64,000 bases of DNA from a virus. A model generated the notes under the pieces. The model saw nothing but the letters and a program-made list of their open reading frames with translations, was not told where the DNA came from and did not search any database. Where the stretch lies: positions 1 through 64,000 of IMG/VR virus record IMGVR_UViG_3300036985_007703. One strand, given 5' to 3'. The position numbers and the translations under genes were made by a program. Shown here one piece after another: positions 37,261 to 45,707 of the stretch; the stretch's first letter is position 1; each line of letters opens with the position of its first letter.

Positions 37261-38400
37261 TCAGAAGCCCTCCCAGAGCGCCCGCTGGCGGGGCTCCGCG
37301 GGGAGGCACCCCGGCGAGTACCAGATCGCCTCCTGGTCCTTCGTCTTGCTCGACCCATAGGTGGTCCGCAGGCGCTCCCATCCCACGCAGTCCCACCCCG
37401 GCAGGTCGTAGTCCCCGAGGTGCCCGCACAGCGCAACGCGGAGGTCCCCGTGCTCGCGGCACCACGCGATGACCCCCGCCACCACGCTGTCCGCGCGGTA
37501 GAGGTCCTCGTAGCCGTCATAGGGCGGGTCGAGGAACACCGCGGTCTCCTCCTTGCCATAGTGGCTGTTGAGGCAGCGGTCCCAGACCCCATGCACGACC
37601 CGCACGCGATTCAGGCGCGCCGCGAGCCGCCGCAGCCACTGCGCCGCCACCGCCCCGCTGGAGGTCCAGTGGTCGGGGCCCGCGCCGTCCTCGGCGATGT
37701 GCGTCTTCGAGGCGTAGCCCCGCCCCACGTCGTTGATCTGCGGGATCTGCCCCACGGCCTGCACGCCCCGCCCCGCGTTGCCCAGCAGGGGGACCTGGCC
37801 GCTCGCCTGCACGCCCCGCCCACAATCGTTGATCTGCGGGATCTTCCCGCTCGCCTGCACGCCCCGCCCCAGGTTGTTGACGTGCGGGATCTTGCCCCCC
37901 GCCTGCACCCCCATGCCGGGGCTGCTCAGGAAGGGGATCTGCCCGCCCTCCACCGCGTCGCCCATGGGCCGCGTGCGCCACCAGTCCGCCCAGCCGCTGC
38001 CGATCCAGCAGCACTGCCCCCACATCCACCACCCCGCGACCTGCGCGTCCCCCGGCCACTCCGGGTCCTGCAGGGCCGCCCCGAGGCGCTCGCGCTGCGC
38101 CATCAGCCAAACGTGCCGCGCCCCGAGGTCCACGTGGACCACCGGGTAGTCCGCCCACCGCGCGACCTCCGCGTGCTGGTTCACCACCGCCCGCCAGAAG
38201 TTCGCGATGAACCCGTTGGCGTCCCCGATGACCTCCAGCGCGGCCGGCCGCGGCGCCCCGAGGAGCATCGCCGCCGACCCGCAGAACGGCTCGATGTAGT
38301 GCTTGGGCCGCCCGAAGCGCGCCCAGACCTGCGTCACCACGTCCCGCTTGCCGCCGAAGTACGGAAAGGGGGCTACTAGGGGTTGTTCAACCACCGACAC
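37261..38400 (-). CDS. D12-class (Dam-like) adenine methyltransferase
   Basis: PFPYFGGK, YIEPFCGS, VFLDPPY. Confidence 0.9.
   Translation of the reverse strand: MSVVEQPLVAPFPYFGGKRDVVTQVWARFGRPKHYIEPFCGSAAMLLGAPRPAALEVIGDANGFIANFWRAVVNQHAEVARWADYPVVHVDLGARHVWLMAQRERLGAALQDPEWPGDAQVAGWWMWGQCCWIGSGWADWWRTRPMGDAVEGGQIPFLSSPGMGVQAGGKIPHVNNLGRGVQASGKIPQINDCGRGVQASGQVPLLGNAGRGVQAVGQIPQINDVGRGYASKTHIAEDGAGPDHWTSSGAVAAQWLRRLAARLNRVRVVHGVWDRCLNSHYGKEETAVFLDPPYDGYEDLYRADSVVAGVIAWCREHGDLRVALCGHLGDYDLPGWDCVGWERLRTTYGSSKTKDQEAIWYSPGCLPAEPRQRALWEGF
37714..37947 (-). repeat. five 48-bp (16-aa) tandem repeats inside the D12 methylase
   Basis: GQIPFLSSPGMGVQAG/GKIPHVNNLGRGVQAS/GKIPQINDCGRGVQAS/GQVPLLGNAGRGVQAV/GQIPQINDVGRGY. 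Confidence 0.9.
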
Positions 38401-38415
38401 CTCCGGCCAACGCCA

Positions 38416-39219
38416 TCATCGCCGTCCCCGCGTCACGATGGCACCAGGCCCCGCCGCGAACAGCTCAAAGGCTATCGCATAGACCTGCCGCAGGAGGCCA
38501 GGGTGCTCGCCCGCATCCAGCGACTCCGCGAGGTCCAACACGCTCATCTCCGCGCGGTCCGCCCGCCGCTTGAGGTCCAGGTGGCAGCGGTCCCGCACCT
38601 CGCGATACAGGCGGTTCCAGGTCTCGCGGTAGTCCGCCCCCGTGAGCTGGCAGAACCCCCGCACCACCTGGTTGATCTGCATGCGCTCCGTCAGCTCCGG
38701 GGCCGGCAGGGCCGGTGCCGGGAGGGCCCGTAGCGCCTGATCGCCCGCCGCGGCGCGCGCCTCAATAGCGTCCACCCGCTGCGCCAACGCCGCCGTCTGG
38801 CGCTCCTGCTCAGCCAAGGCCTGCACCGACTCCAGCAACAGCTCGATCTGCGTCTTGGCCCGTCCCGCCACCGCGTATTGCCCCGTGCGCCGGATGCGCG
38901 GGAGCACCTCCCCCGCGATCCACTTCTGGAACGGCAGGGCCATCGGCTTGTCCGATCGGGCCAGGAAGAAATAGAGGCCCTGCTCGGAAAGGCAAAGGAT
39001 TTCCTGCACTCCGCCAGGGGTCGGTATTGGATACCGCCCCTTCCACTCCTCCGGGATGTGGTCCGTCATGCGCTTAGCGTTGTCTGCTGTCGATTCGGGA
39101 TACCCCAGGGCCAACGCGACATCTCGCGCCACCCACCAGGGCTCGCCCTCGATCAGCTCGACGCGCACCGCCCGTTGCTCAAAATCAAACACCTGCACCA
39201 CCGCTTGCTGCTCGCTCAT
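38416..39219 (-). CDS. Bro-N antirepressor-like protein
   Basis: VRV..IEGEPWWVARDVALALGY...LSEQGLY...FQKWIAGEVLPRIRRTGQY. Confidence 0.92.
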   Translation of the reverse strand: MSEQQAVVQVFDFEQRAVRVELIEGEPWWVARDVALALGYPESTADNAKRMTDHIPEEWKGRYPIPTPGGVQEILCLSEQGLYFFLARSDKPMALPFQKWIAGEVLPRIRRTGQYAVAGRAKTQIELLLESVQALAEQERQTAALAQRVDAIEARAAAGDQALRALPAPALPAPELTERMQINQVVRGFCQLTGADYRETWNRLYREVRDRCHLDLKRRADRAEMSVLDLAESLDAGEHPGLLRQVYAIAFELFAAGPGAIVTRGRR

Positions 39220-39851
39220 CGCTCCGCTCCTGGGCCCTCGCCCGCAACCGTCAGCCGTTCAACCGTTCCACCGTACCACTCACCGCCGCCGCACGAGCCA
39301 CGCGGGGATCCCCTCGGGGCCCACCGGGGCGGCTGGGGCCGCGCTCCGCCGCTGCGCCTGCACCTGCGCCAAGGCCTCGTCCAGCATCCGCAGGACCCCC
39401 TCGTGGGCCTCCACGAGCCCCTCCAGGCGCCGGCGCTCCGCCCGCAGCGCCCCGAGGTCCCGCGCGAGGCCCTCCGCGAGGCAGGGCCAGCAGCGGTGCT
39501 GTCCCTCCAGCAGGACAGCCGCGCGCCCCCCGCAGGCCCCGCACTCCTCCCCCCGCAGGCCTACCCGCGTCCACCGCGGGCACCCCTCCGTCAAGAAGCC
39601 CATGTTGTTGCCTCCCCCGCGCCATGCCGCGCGGCCCGCCGCCCCCCGCCGGGGGCCGGGTTCGCGGCCGGCACCCCCTCACGCATTGTCGTGGTTCCCC
39701 GCCCCCCCCGCTGTTCATCGCACCAAAACAAATCCATTGTGGCCCTGCGAGGGCCCTGCCAAGGGGAGCGCCCGTGAGTTGACAGGGGGCAGCAGGCCGC
39801 GCCGCACGCCGCGCCCCCACCCCGTCGCTGTGTCCACGTTCGCACCCGATC

Positions 39852-39882
39852 GGGCTACCACGGGGCCACCGTGTTTGTCAAC
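39852..39882 (-). promoter_or_regulatory. sigma70-type promoter at the head of the early region
   Basis: GTTGACAAAC; TTGACA-18nt-TAGCCC; inverted GTTGACA at 39778. Confidence 0.55.
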
Positions 39883-40349
39883 TTTCATCCTCCTCCCCCG
39901 CACTTTCCCCCGCCGCGCCCCGCGCCACGAGCCGCACGCGCCCCCGCTGGGGCACCCACAACATCGCCGCCGCCTTGGCCCCCGCCCGCCGGTGCAGGCT
40001 CACCCACCAGCCCTCCTCCCCGTCCAGCGCCCCCCGCGTCACCTCCACGCGCAGCCCCACGAGGTCCGCCGCCATGCGGCGCACCACCCCCCAGCCCTCC
40101 CAGCCATCGCCCAAGAACATCGACGCCTCCTCGCTCTCCGGCCTGCCCCGCCCCATCCTACCACAGCCCGCCCCAGTTATCGCGCGAGACCCCCGCGCGG
40201 CTTCATCCGCCTCGGACCCCGCGCGCCATCGTCCCCTCTGGGCCGCCTGTCCCTCCCCCGAGCCCAGAGCCCAGAGCCAGTCCCCCATGTCTCATCCTCG
40301 TTCTCGTCTTAGATCTCGTGAGAAGACGCGCGGCTCTGCGCGCGCGGCG

Positions 40350-40391
40350 AAAACCCCCCGTAAGGGGGGTTTGAGCTAAGACCCGTAAGGG
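40350..40391. repeat. two CCCGTAAGGG hairpins
   Basis: AAACCCCCCGTAAGGGGGGTTT followed by CCCGTAAGGG. Confidence 0.75.
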
Positions 40392-40771
40392 ACTCCGGAG
40401 ATCCACGCGCGCTCCAATCGCGCGAAGACGCCCCCGGATCGAACGCCCGTCATCATGCGCGAGATCAGCGGGGGAGCGCCACGCTCATGGAGATTCTCGA
40501 GGCTGCGTACGCGCGTACGCAACATCGAGGATGCACCTTAACTTTCTCCAGCATCTACGCGCAACCGTTGGCGAAATCCGCGCAGCGCGCGCTCCGCGTG
40601 CCACCTTGCCTTCTTGCCACTGCGTACGTCGGTCGGAGAATCTACATCAACGATGGCGATCAATCTCCACGTAATCTCGGGCCTTCGCGCCAGCGCGAGG
40701 GCCCACTGCATACGCAACATCGTGACTTTACATGAAGGATTGATCCTTAACCCCGCGCCGCACCAAGGGAA

Positions 40772-41155
40772 CTAACCCTTGTTCCCCTCATCCCCGTGGA
40801 GGAACGTGCGCAGGATCGCGGCCACCCCGCCCTCGGCCTCCGCCGGGGGCACGCTGGTGCGCGCCTGCACCGCGGCCACCGCGCGCCCCACCCCATCGCC
40901 CGCCGCGGCCAGCGCGTCCACCTGCACCTGCAGGGCATCCGCGCGCTCCCGGTGCTGCTTGAGGGCCGCCATCATGCCGAGGCGCGCCCGCTCCAGGGCC
41001 CCCACCTGGACCTCCGCCGCGACGAGGGCCTGCCCCAGCGCCGCGACCTCGCGCTCCACGCGCGCGAGCCCCGCCGTCAGCGCCCGCACGGTCCCCGCCA
41101 GCTCCGCGACCCGCGCCTCCACCCCCACCCACGAGGGCGCCCGCGGCGGCGTCAC
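40772..41155 (-). CDS. coiled-coil hypothetical protein
   Basis: Heptad pattern; GTG start coupled to the upstream stop. Confidence 0.5.
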   Translation of the reverse strand: MTPPRAPSWVGVEARVAELAGTVRALTAGLARVEREVAALGQALVAAEVQVGALERARLGMMAALKQHRERADALQVQVDALAAAGDGVGRAVAAVQARTSVPPAEAEGGVAAILRTFLHGDEGNKG

Positions 41156-41751
41156 GAGCGACCCCGCACCCCCGCCGCGTCCTCCTCCGTCACCACCCCA
41201 AACGAGGCCGTGATGGCCTCCACGTCGATACTCGGCGGCGGCGCCACCGTGGGCACCGGGGGCGGCCCCAGCGGCACGAGGCTCCCCCCCAGGCGCACCA
41301 CCCACGCGGCCAGCGCCGTCGCCACCCCGTACGCCGCCTGACGCCAGGAGGTCGGCAGGGCCCCCAGCTCCACGTGGAGCCCCCGCGCCACCGCCAGCAA
41401 CAGTTCTAGCCCGTGGACCCCCCACACGGCCCCCGCCTCGTGGCCATCGGCCCCGCGCAAGCTCCCCGGCGCCCCGAGGGGCCGGTGCCAGCGCGCGAGC
41501 CCCATCACCAGCGCCGGGGGAAGCCCCCCCGCCACCAGCGCGTCCACCGCGTAGATCCCATGCCCATCCGCCCCCACCACGCGCAGGAGCCCCTCCACCG
41601 CCGCGCGGTCCAGGGCCTGGCGCCCCGCCGCCGCCCGCGTCCCCACGCGCGTCCCCAGCGCCGGCGTCCGCATCTGCCCCGCCAGCTCCGCCGCGGCCCC
41701 CGCCCGCGCCCCGTCCGGCCGCGTCGGCCGTCCCTGCTCGTCGCCCATCAC
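41152..41751 (-). CDS. hypothetical protein
   Basis: GGAGG RBS; promoter directly upstream. Confidence 0.55.
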   Translation of the reverse strand: MMGDEQGRPTRPDGARAGAAAELAGQMRTPALGTRVGTRAAAGRQALDRAAVEGLLRVVGADGHGIYAVDALVAGGLPPALVMGLARWHRPLGAPGSLRGADGHEAGAVWGVHGLELLLAVARGLHVELGALPTSWRQAAYGVATALAAWVVRLGGSLVPLGPPPVPTVAPPPSIDVEAITASFGVVTEEDAAGVRGRS

Positions 41752-41781
41752 GCGCCTCCTCTGCTGGATCGTCTCTGGGGT

Positions 41782-41810
41782 ATTGTAGGCCGCCGCAGGG
41801 GCGCTATCAA
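41782..41810 (-). promoter_or_regulatory. sigma70-type promoter
   Basis: TTGATA-17nt-TACAAT. Confidence 0.6.
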
Positions 41811-41847
41811 GGCGCCGCGCACGCGCATGCGCAAGCAGAATGGAGGG

Positions 41848-42705
41848 TTAGTTGCGCTTGCGCCGCTGCCCCTTGGCCGGAGCCGCGTCCCGCGCCGGCG
41901 TCCGCCCCACGCGAGGCTCCTGCCAGGGGTGCCGCCAGACCGCCACCGCCACGCGCCCCTCGTCGCCGTCCGCCAGGTCCAGGGCCCGCACCCACGCCGG
42001 GGTCTCCTCCAACGCGCGGACCACGTCCGCGTCCGAGGCCTCCGCGCCCTCTGCCCCCCACAGGGCATGGGGGCGCCCCGTGTCGGGGTCCTCGTACCGC
42101 CACTCCGCGAGCCGCGCGCGCCACTCGTCCGGCGGCACGCCCTCCTCAGGGATCGGCTCCCAGGCGAACCAGGCCGTCAGGGGCACGCTGTCGCCCCCCG
42201 GCTGGGGGCGCCGCGCCCAGGACCGCCGCCCCTTATTGGGGAAGCCCGCGCTCGTCGCCTCGACCAGGCTCCGCAGCCGCTGGCTCAGCGACACGGCCTC
42301 GCCCTTCAGCGTCCAGGGCCCCTCGAACTCCGCGCGCCTCTTGCCCACGAGCTTGTAGTACTTCGCGTCCTTCGCGGCGTGGTTCCGGTCCTTCTGGTGC
42401 TTCTGGATGTACTTGCGCCCGCGCGGCGTCTGCTGGTGCGGCTTCGTCCGCTTGAAGTACGGCAACTTGGGCCCGTGGTGCAACGCCGCGACCCCGCGCG
42501 CGATGGCGTGCGCCGTCGGGGCGTCCGAGCGCCGCGGGGGCCCCTTCTTCCGCAGCCCCCCCACGATCGCCACCACGGCATGCCGCGTGTAGGGGTCCGC
42601 CGCCCGCGGCTTCTGCACCTTGATCGCGGCGCCCCCGTGGGGCGTCTTCCCCTCGACCAGGGCCCGCAGGCGCGCGCTGAGCCGCTCCCCGCGCGTCAGC
42701 AGCAC
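41848..42705 (-). CDS. putative internal head protein (two leader motifs)
   Basis: LSARLRALVEG and LSQRLRSLVEA; very basic. Confidence 0.55.
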   Translation of the reverse strand: MLLTRGERLSARLRALVEGKTPHGGAAIKVQKPRAADPYTRHAVVAIVGGLRKKGPPRRSDAPTAHAIARGVAALHHGPKLPYFKRTKPHQQTPRGRKYIQKHQKDRNHAAKDAKYYKLVGKRRAEFEGPWTLKGEAVSLSQRLRSLVEATSAGFPNKGRRSWARRPQPGGDSVPLTAWFAWEPIPEEGVPPDEWRARLAEWRYEDPDTGRPHALWGAEGAEASDADVVRALEETPAWVRALDLADGDEGRVAVAVWRHPWQEPRVGRTPARDAAPAKGQRRKRN

Positions 42706-42709
42706 GGCG

Positions 42710-43033
42710 TCAGATGCTCCACGCATCCCAGGCCGCCTCAAACTGCTTGTGCGCCTCGGCCACGGCTGCCTGCGCCTCGAAGATCTCCCGCGCGCCCTTC
42801 GCCATGTCCGTGGCCTGGTATTCCCTAATCGGCACGTCGATCTCCCAGTGCATCAGCGGGCGCACCCCCGCCATCTCCTTGCGCTTCTTCTCCAGGCCCT
42901 TCACCGCCTGGGTCAGGGCCTCCGCCGCCTTGAGGACGGGGTCCACCTTGGGGATCGGCTTGCGGGTCTTCAGGATCTCCGCCGGGATGGTCACCTCGTC
43001 CAACTGCCGGATCAGCGCCTTCATGCTCCTCAT
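42710..43033 (-). CDS. putative internal head protein
   Basis: MRSMKALIRQLDEV. Confidence 0.55.
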   Translation of the reverse strand: MRSMKALIRQLDEVTIPAEILKTRKPIPKVDPVLKAAEALTQAVKGLEKKRKEMAGVRPLMHWEIDVPIREYQATDMAKGAREIFEAQAAVAEAHKQFEAAWDAWSI

Positions 43034-43359
43034 ACGGGTCTCCCCATCGCGAGTTCCCAGGCGTTCATCACGCCCCACTTGGCCTCGTCAATAGCGATCA
43101 GTTGCTCCTGGTACGCCGACATCGCCTGGCGGTCCGCCCGGTCCAGCCCCTTGACCAGCTTGGCCAGGGCCGCGACCTCCTTGTCGAACCGCGCCACCGC
43201 CGCATGCACGCCCTTGAGCACGGCCTCCGTCGGCACGTGCATCTGCTGGTTCCGCTGGTCGATCTCGCGCCGCCGCGCCTCCTTCGACTGGAAGTCCCCC
43301 GGCGCCACCTCGCGCCGCCGCTGGACGCCCTCGATCACCGCGCTCATCCGCTGTGCCAT
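43030..43359 (-). CDS. putative internal head protein
   Basis: MAQRMSAVIEG. Confidence 0.55.
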   Translation of the reverse strand: MAQRMSAVIEGVQRRREVAPGDFQSKEARRREIDQRNQQMHVPTEAVLKGVHAAVARFDKEVAALAKLVKGLDRADRQAMSAYQEQLIAIDEAKWGVMNAWELAMGRPV

Positions 43360-43361
43360 CG

Positions 43362-43706
43362 TCACTCCTCCGTATCGGGGTGGGCCGCGCCGTGCGCGAA
43401 CCCCACCTGGAACAGCAGCCCGTCGACCGCCTTGTTCAGCGCGATCACCGCCGCCTGCATGCGGGGGTCCGTCGCCGGGCGGTCCAGCCCCTGGACCAGC
43501 TCCGCTACGCGCCCCGCCGCCTGCTGCAGCGCCGCCGCCTTGGCCCCCGCGGCCTGGCGCGCGTTGGCCACGCCCCGCGCATCCTGCGGGGAGCGCCACG
43601 CCACGTTCATCCCGCTGGTGACCTGCCCCCAGTTGGGGGGCACGCCCTCGGCCAGCAGCCCCGAGGCGACCAGACTCGCCTCGATCATCGTGCGCATGCG
43701 CGTCAT
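43362..43706 (-). CDS. putative internal head protein
   Basis: MTRMRTMIEA. Confidence 0.55.
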   Translation of the reverse strand: MTRMRTMIEASLVASGLLAEGVPPNWGQVTSGMNVAWRSPQDARGVANARQAAGAKAAALQQAAGRVAELVQGLDRPATDPRMQAAVIALNKAVDGLLFQVGFAHGAAHPDTEE

Positions 43707-43715
43707 GGCGCCTCC

Positions 43716-44105
43716 TTACTCGGTCGCACCCCTGAATTTCCATTCCTTCTTGGCGAAGTCGTACCACGCCTGTAGCAGCGTGATCCCATTGCTTCCGCCA
43801 GCCCTGTGCTCCCACGAAATATCCATGGGGATCTGCATCATGTTGTGCTGGGCGCTGTAGTGCCCCGCGCCCTTCACGACCACCGTGCTCATCACGGCCT
43901 CGAAAACCCCCGCCTTGCCCACTAGCTCGTCGCTCTTCACGATCAAACGCCAGGGTCCAGCAGACGACAACTTGGCCGTCAACTTCACCGGCACCTTGAG
44001 GACCTTGGAGACTTGTTGCTCCAGCGACTTGATGTCGATCTCGTCCTCGCTCGGTCCTTCAGCGGCCTCGTGCAACCGCCCGATCAGGGTGCTCATCTTC
44101 TGCAT
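43716..44105 (-). CDS. putative internal head protein
   Basis: MQKMSTLIGRLHEA. Confidence 0.6.
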   Translation of the reverse strand: MQKMSTLIGRLHEAAEGPSEDEIDIKSLEQQVSKVLKVPVKLTAKLSSAGPWRLIVKSDELVGKAGVFEAVMSTVVVKGAGHYSAQHNMMQIPMDISWEHRAGGSNGITLLQAWYDFAKKEWKFRGATE

Positions 44106-44173
44106 GGTATCTCCATTCTCAGGGGCGCCACCGGCGCCGCGTTTGCTACTTCGCGAGCCCCGCGCGCGCCGCC

Positions 44174-44695
44174 CTACGGCAGCACGTAAATGGTGCTGAC
44201 CCCGCGCTTGCGCGCCTCCGCCTGGGCCGCCTTGACCGCCTCGGCATAGAGCATGTTGCCGCCGGGGGCGAACGCCTCGTCCGACCGCATGTCCGGGTCC
44301 TGCGTGCCGATGCCGAACATCCAGTTGCCGCGCCCCCGCGGGGCCGCCCCGTGGTTGAAGCGGTACAGGTTGGTCTCCACGTTGACCTTGCCGGTCGCCT
44401 CTTCCAAGCGCCGGATCAGGCTCTGCATCTTCGTCATGGTGTCCTCACCCTTGATGGCCCGCTCGTAGGCCGCATCTTTGCCCTTGGCCGCCGCGTCGCG
44501 CCCATGCGCCCGGATGGCCTTCCGGCCCTTGGCCGTCTTGTTCTTCGTGCCGGGCTCGTAGTAGCCGGCCTTGTTCCCGCCCGCCTTGCAGATCGCGAAA
44601 GCCGCGCCCTTGTCCTTGCCGCCCTTGGTGACGCCCGCCACGCAGTGCCGCATGAAGGCGTCCGCCCGCTCGATCAACGCTTGCATCGACTCCAT
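44174..44695 (-). CDS. putative internal head protein (tandem, internal start at 44437)
   Basis: MESMQALIERA and MTKMQSLIRRLEEA. Confidence 0.6.
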   Translation of the reverse strand: MESMQALIERADAFMRHCVAGVTKGGKDKGAAFAICKAGGNKAGYYEPGTKNKTAKGRKAIRAHGRDAAAKGKDAAYERAIKGEDTMTKMQSLIRRLEEATGKVNVETNLYRFNHGAAPRGRGNWMFGIGTQDPDMRSDEAFAPGGNMLYAEAVKAAQAEARKRGVSTIYVLP

Positions 44696-44705
44696 GACCG
44701 CCTCC

Positions 44706-45077
44706 TCACACGCTCGCCAGGATCCGCACGGGGACCGGGCTCGTCGGCGCCGTGGTCCCCGGCGTGCCGGGGCTCGTCACGCAGCAGCACGTGAGCCCCA
44801 CCCCGAACGCCAGGCCCTCCGGCACCGCGAACGACCGCTTGACCGCCGCGGGGACCATCAGCACGAGGTGCGGGTCCACGGTCCCCGGCGCCGCGCTCAC
44901 CGCGTTGTAGCACTTCACGTAGCTGGGGGCCCCCGCGTTGCCCGTGTTGTCGGCCTCCACGAGGTACAGCGTGCAGGGCGCCCCGAAGAGGTTGTTCTGC
45001 GCCGTCGCGCCGAGGGCCGTGTCCACCGCGAGGCGGGTCGCGACCGGGTTCACCTGGGTACTGACTGCCATCGTCAT
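44706..45077 (-). CDS. small beta-rich virion protein, possibly decoration
   Basis: YVKCYN...PGT..P...L.VPA...GLAF..GL; lacks the leader motif. Confidence 0.45.
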   Translation of the reverse strand: MTMAVSTQVNPVATRLAVDTALGATAQNNLFGAPCTLYLVEADNTGNAGAPSYVKCYNAVSAAPGTVDPHLVLMVPAAVKRSFAVPEGLAFGVGLTCCCVTSPGTPGTTAPTSPVPVRILASV

Positions 45078-45122
45078 CGTCGTACTCCTCGCGCGATCAC
45101 GTGATCGCGGCGTGTGTGCGTC

Positions 45123-45407
45123 TCAACTCGCTACCCACCCATATTGCCCCGACCAACGACACCGGCGTAGAAAATCGCGCGCCGCCGCCTGCGCCGCACG
45201 CCGGCTCGGGAACCAGTCCTCGCCCCCCACGTCCCGCAGGGGGTGGTCGGGGGCCTCGGCCAGCTGGCCCGAGAGGAGGTAGTACCACCCGTCCCCGCGC
45301 GCGCTGCCCTCGGCCTTGCGCACCACCACGGTGATGCCCTTGAGGGCCGCCGGATCGCGCCCTCCCGCGGCCGCCGCCCCCTCCAAGCGCTGCAGCAGCT
45401 CACGCAT
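45123..45407 (-). CDS. putative internal head protein
   Basis: MRELLQRLEGA. Confidence 0.55.
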   Translation of the reverse strand: MRELLQRLEGAAAAGGRDPAALKGITVVVRKAEGSARGDGWYYLLSGQLAEAPDHPLRDVGGEDWFPSRRAAQAAARDFLRRCRWSGQYGWVAS

Positions 45408-45675
45408 GCCCAGCGCCAAATTTCTGCTCTACCCAGCGCTTGACATCATCAAAATAGGCCCACCCCTTCATCTCTTGCTGTTGCCCCTGCGCGTCGGTAA
45501 ATGAGCCCGATACCTGGGGGCCCGACGAGGAGGCCCACCGCGAGAACGCCACCTTCCCCAGCTGCTCCTCGCCCCGCAGGATGACCCAGGCGTAGCCCTC
45601 GCGGCGCAGCGTCAGCCCGTGCTTGAGGCGCAGCACCTTCGCGGTCTCTTCCAATCGCCCCAACAGCGTTCGCAT
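45400..45675 (-). CDS. putative internal head protein
   Basis: MRTLLGRLEET. Confidence 0.55.
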   Translation of the reverse strand: MRTLLGRLEETAKVLRLKHGLTLRREGYAWVILRGEEQLGKVAFSRWASSSGPQVSGSFTDAQGQQQEMKGWAYFDDVKRWVEQKFGAGHA

Positions 45676-45707
45676 CTCGCTCCTCCTGCGCATGCGCATG
45701 CGCAGCG

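Noticed and set aside
36204-37592. 694-aa ORF 35508..37592 as a single protein
   Set aside because: Only the last ~231 aa (ASCH) are protein-like; the rest overlaps the MTase in another frame.
37714-37947. 48-bp repeats as a CRISPR array or DGR
   Set aside because: They are in-frame, degenerate coding repeats without unique spacers; no cas or reverse transcriptase is visible in the window.
43691-43702. TGCGCATGCGCG as a member of the palindrome family (also about 56667)
   Set aside because: Only a 10-12 bp core inside coding sequence, so it was not counted.
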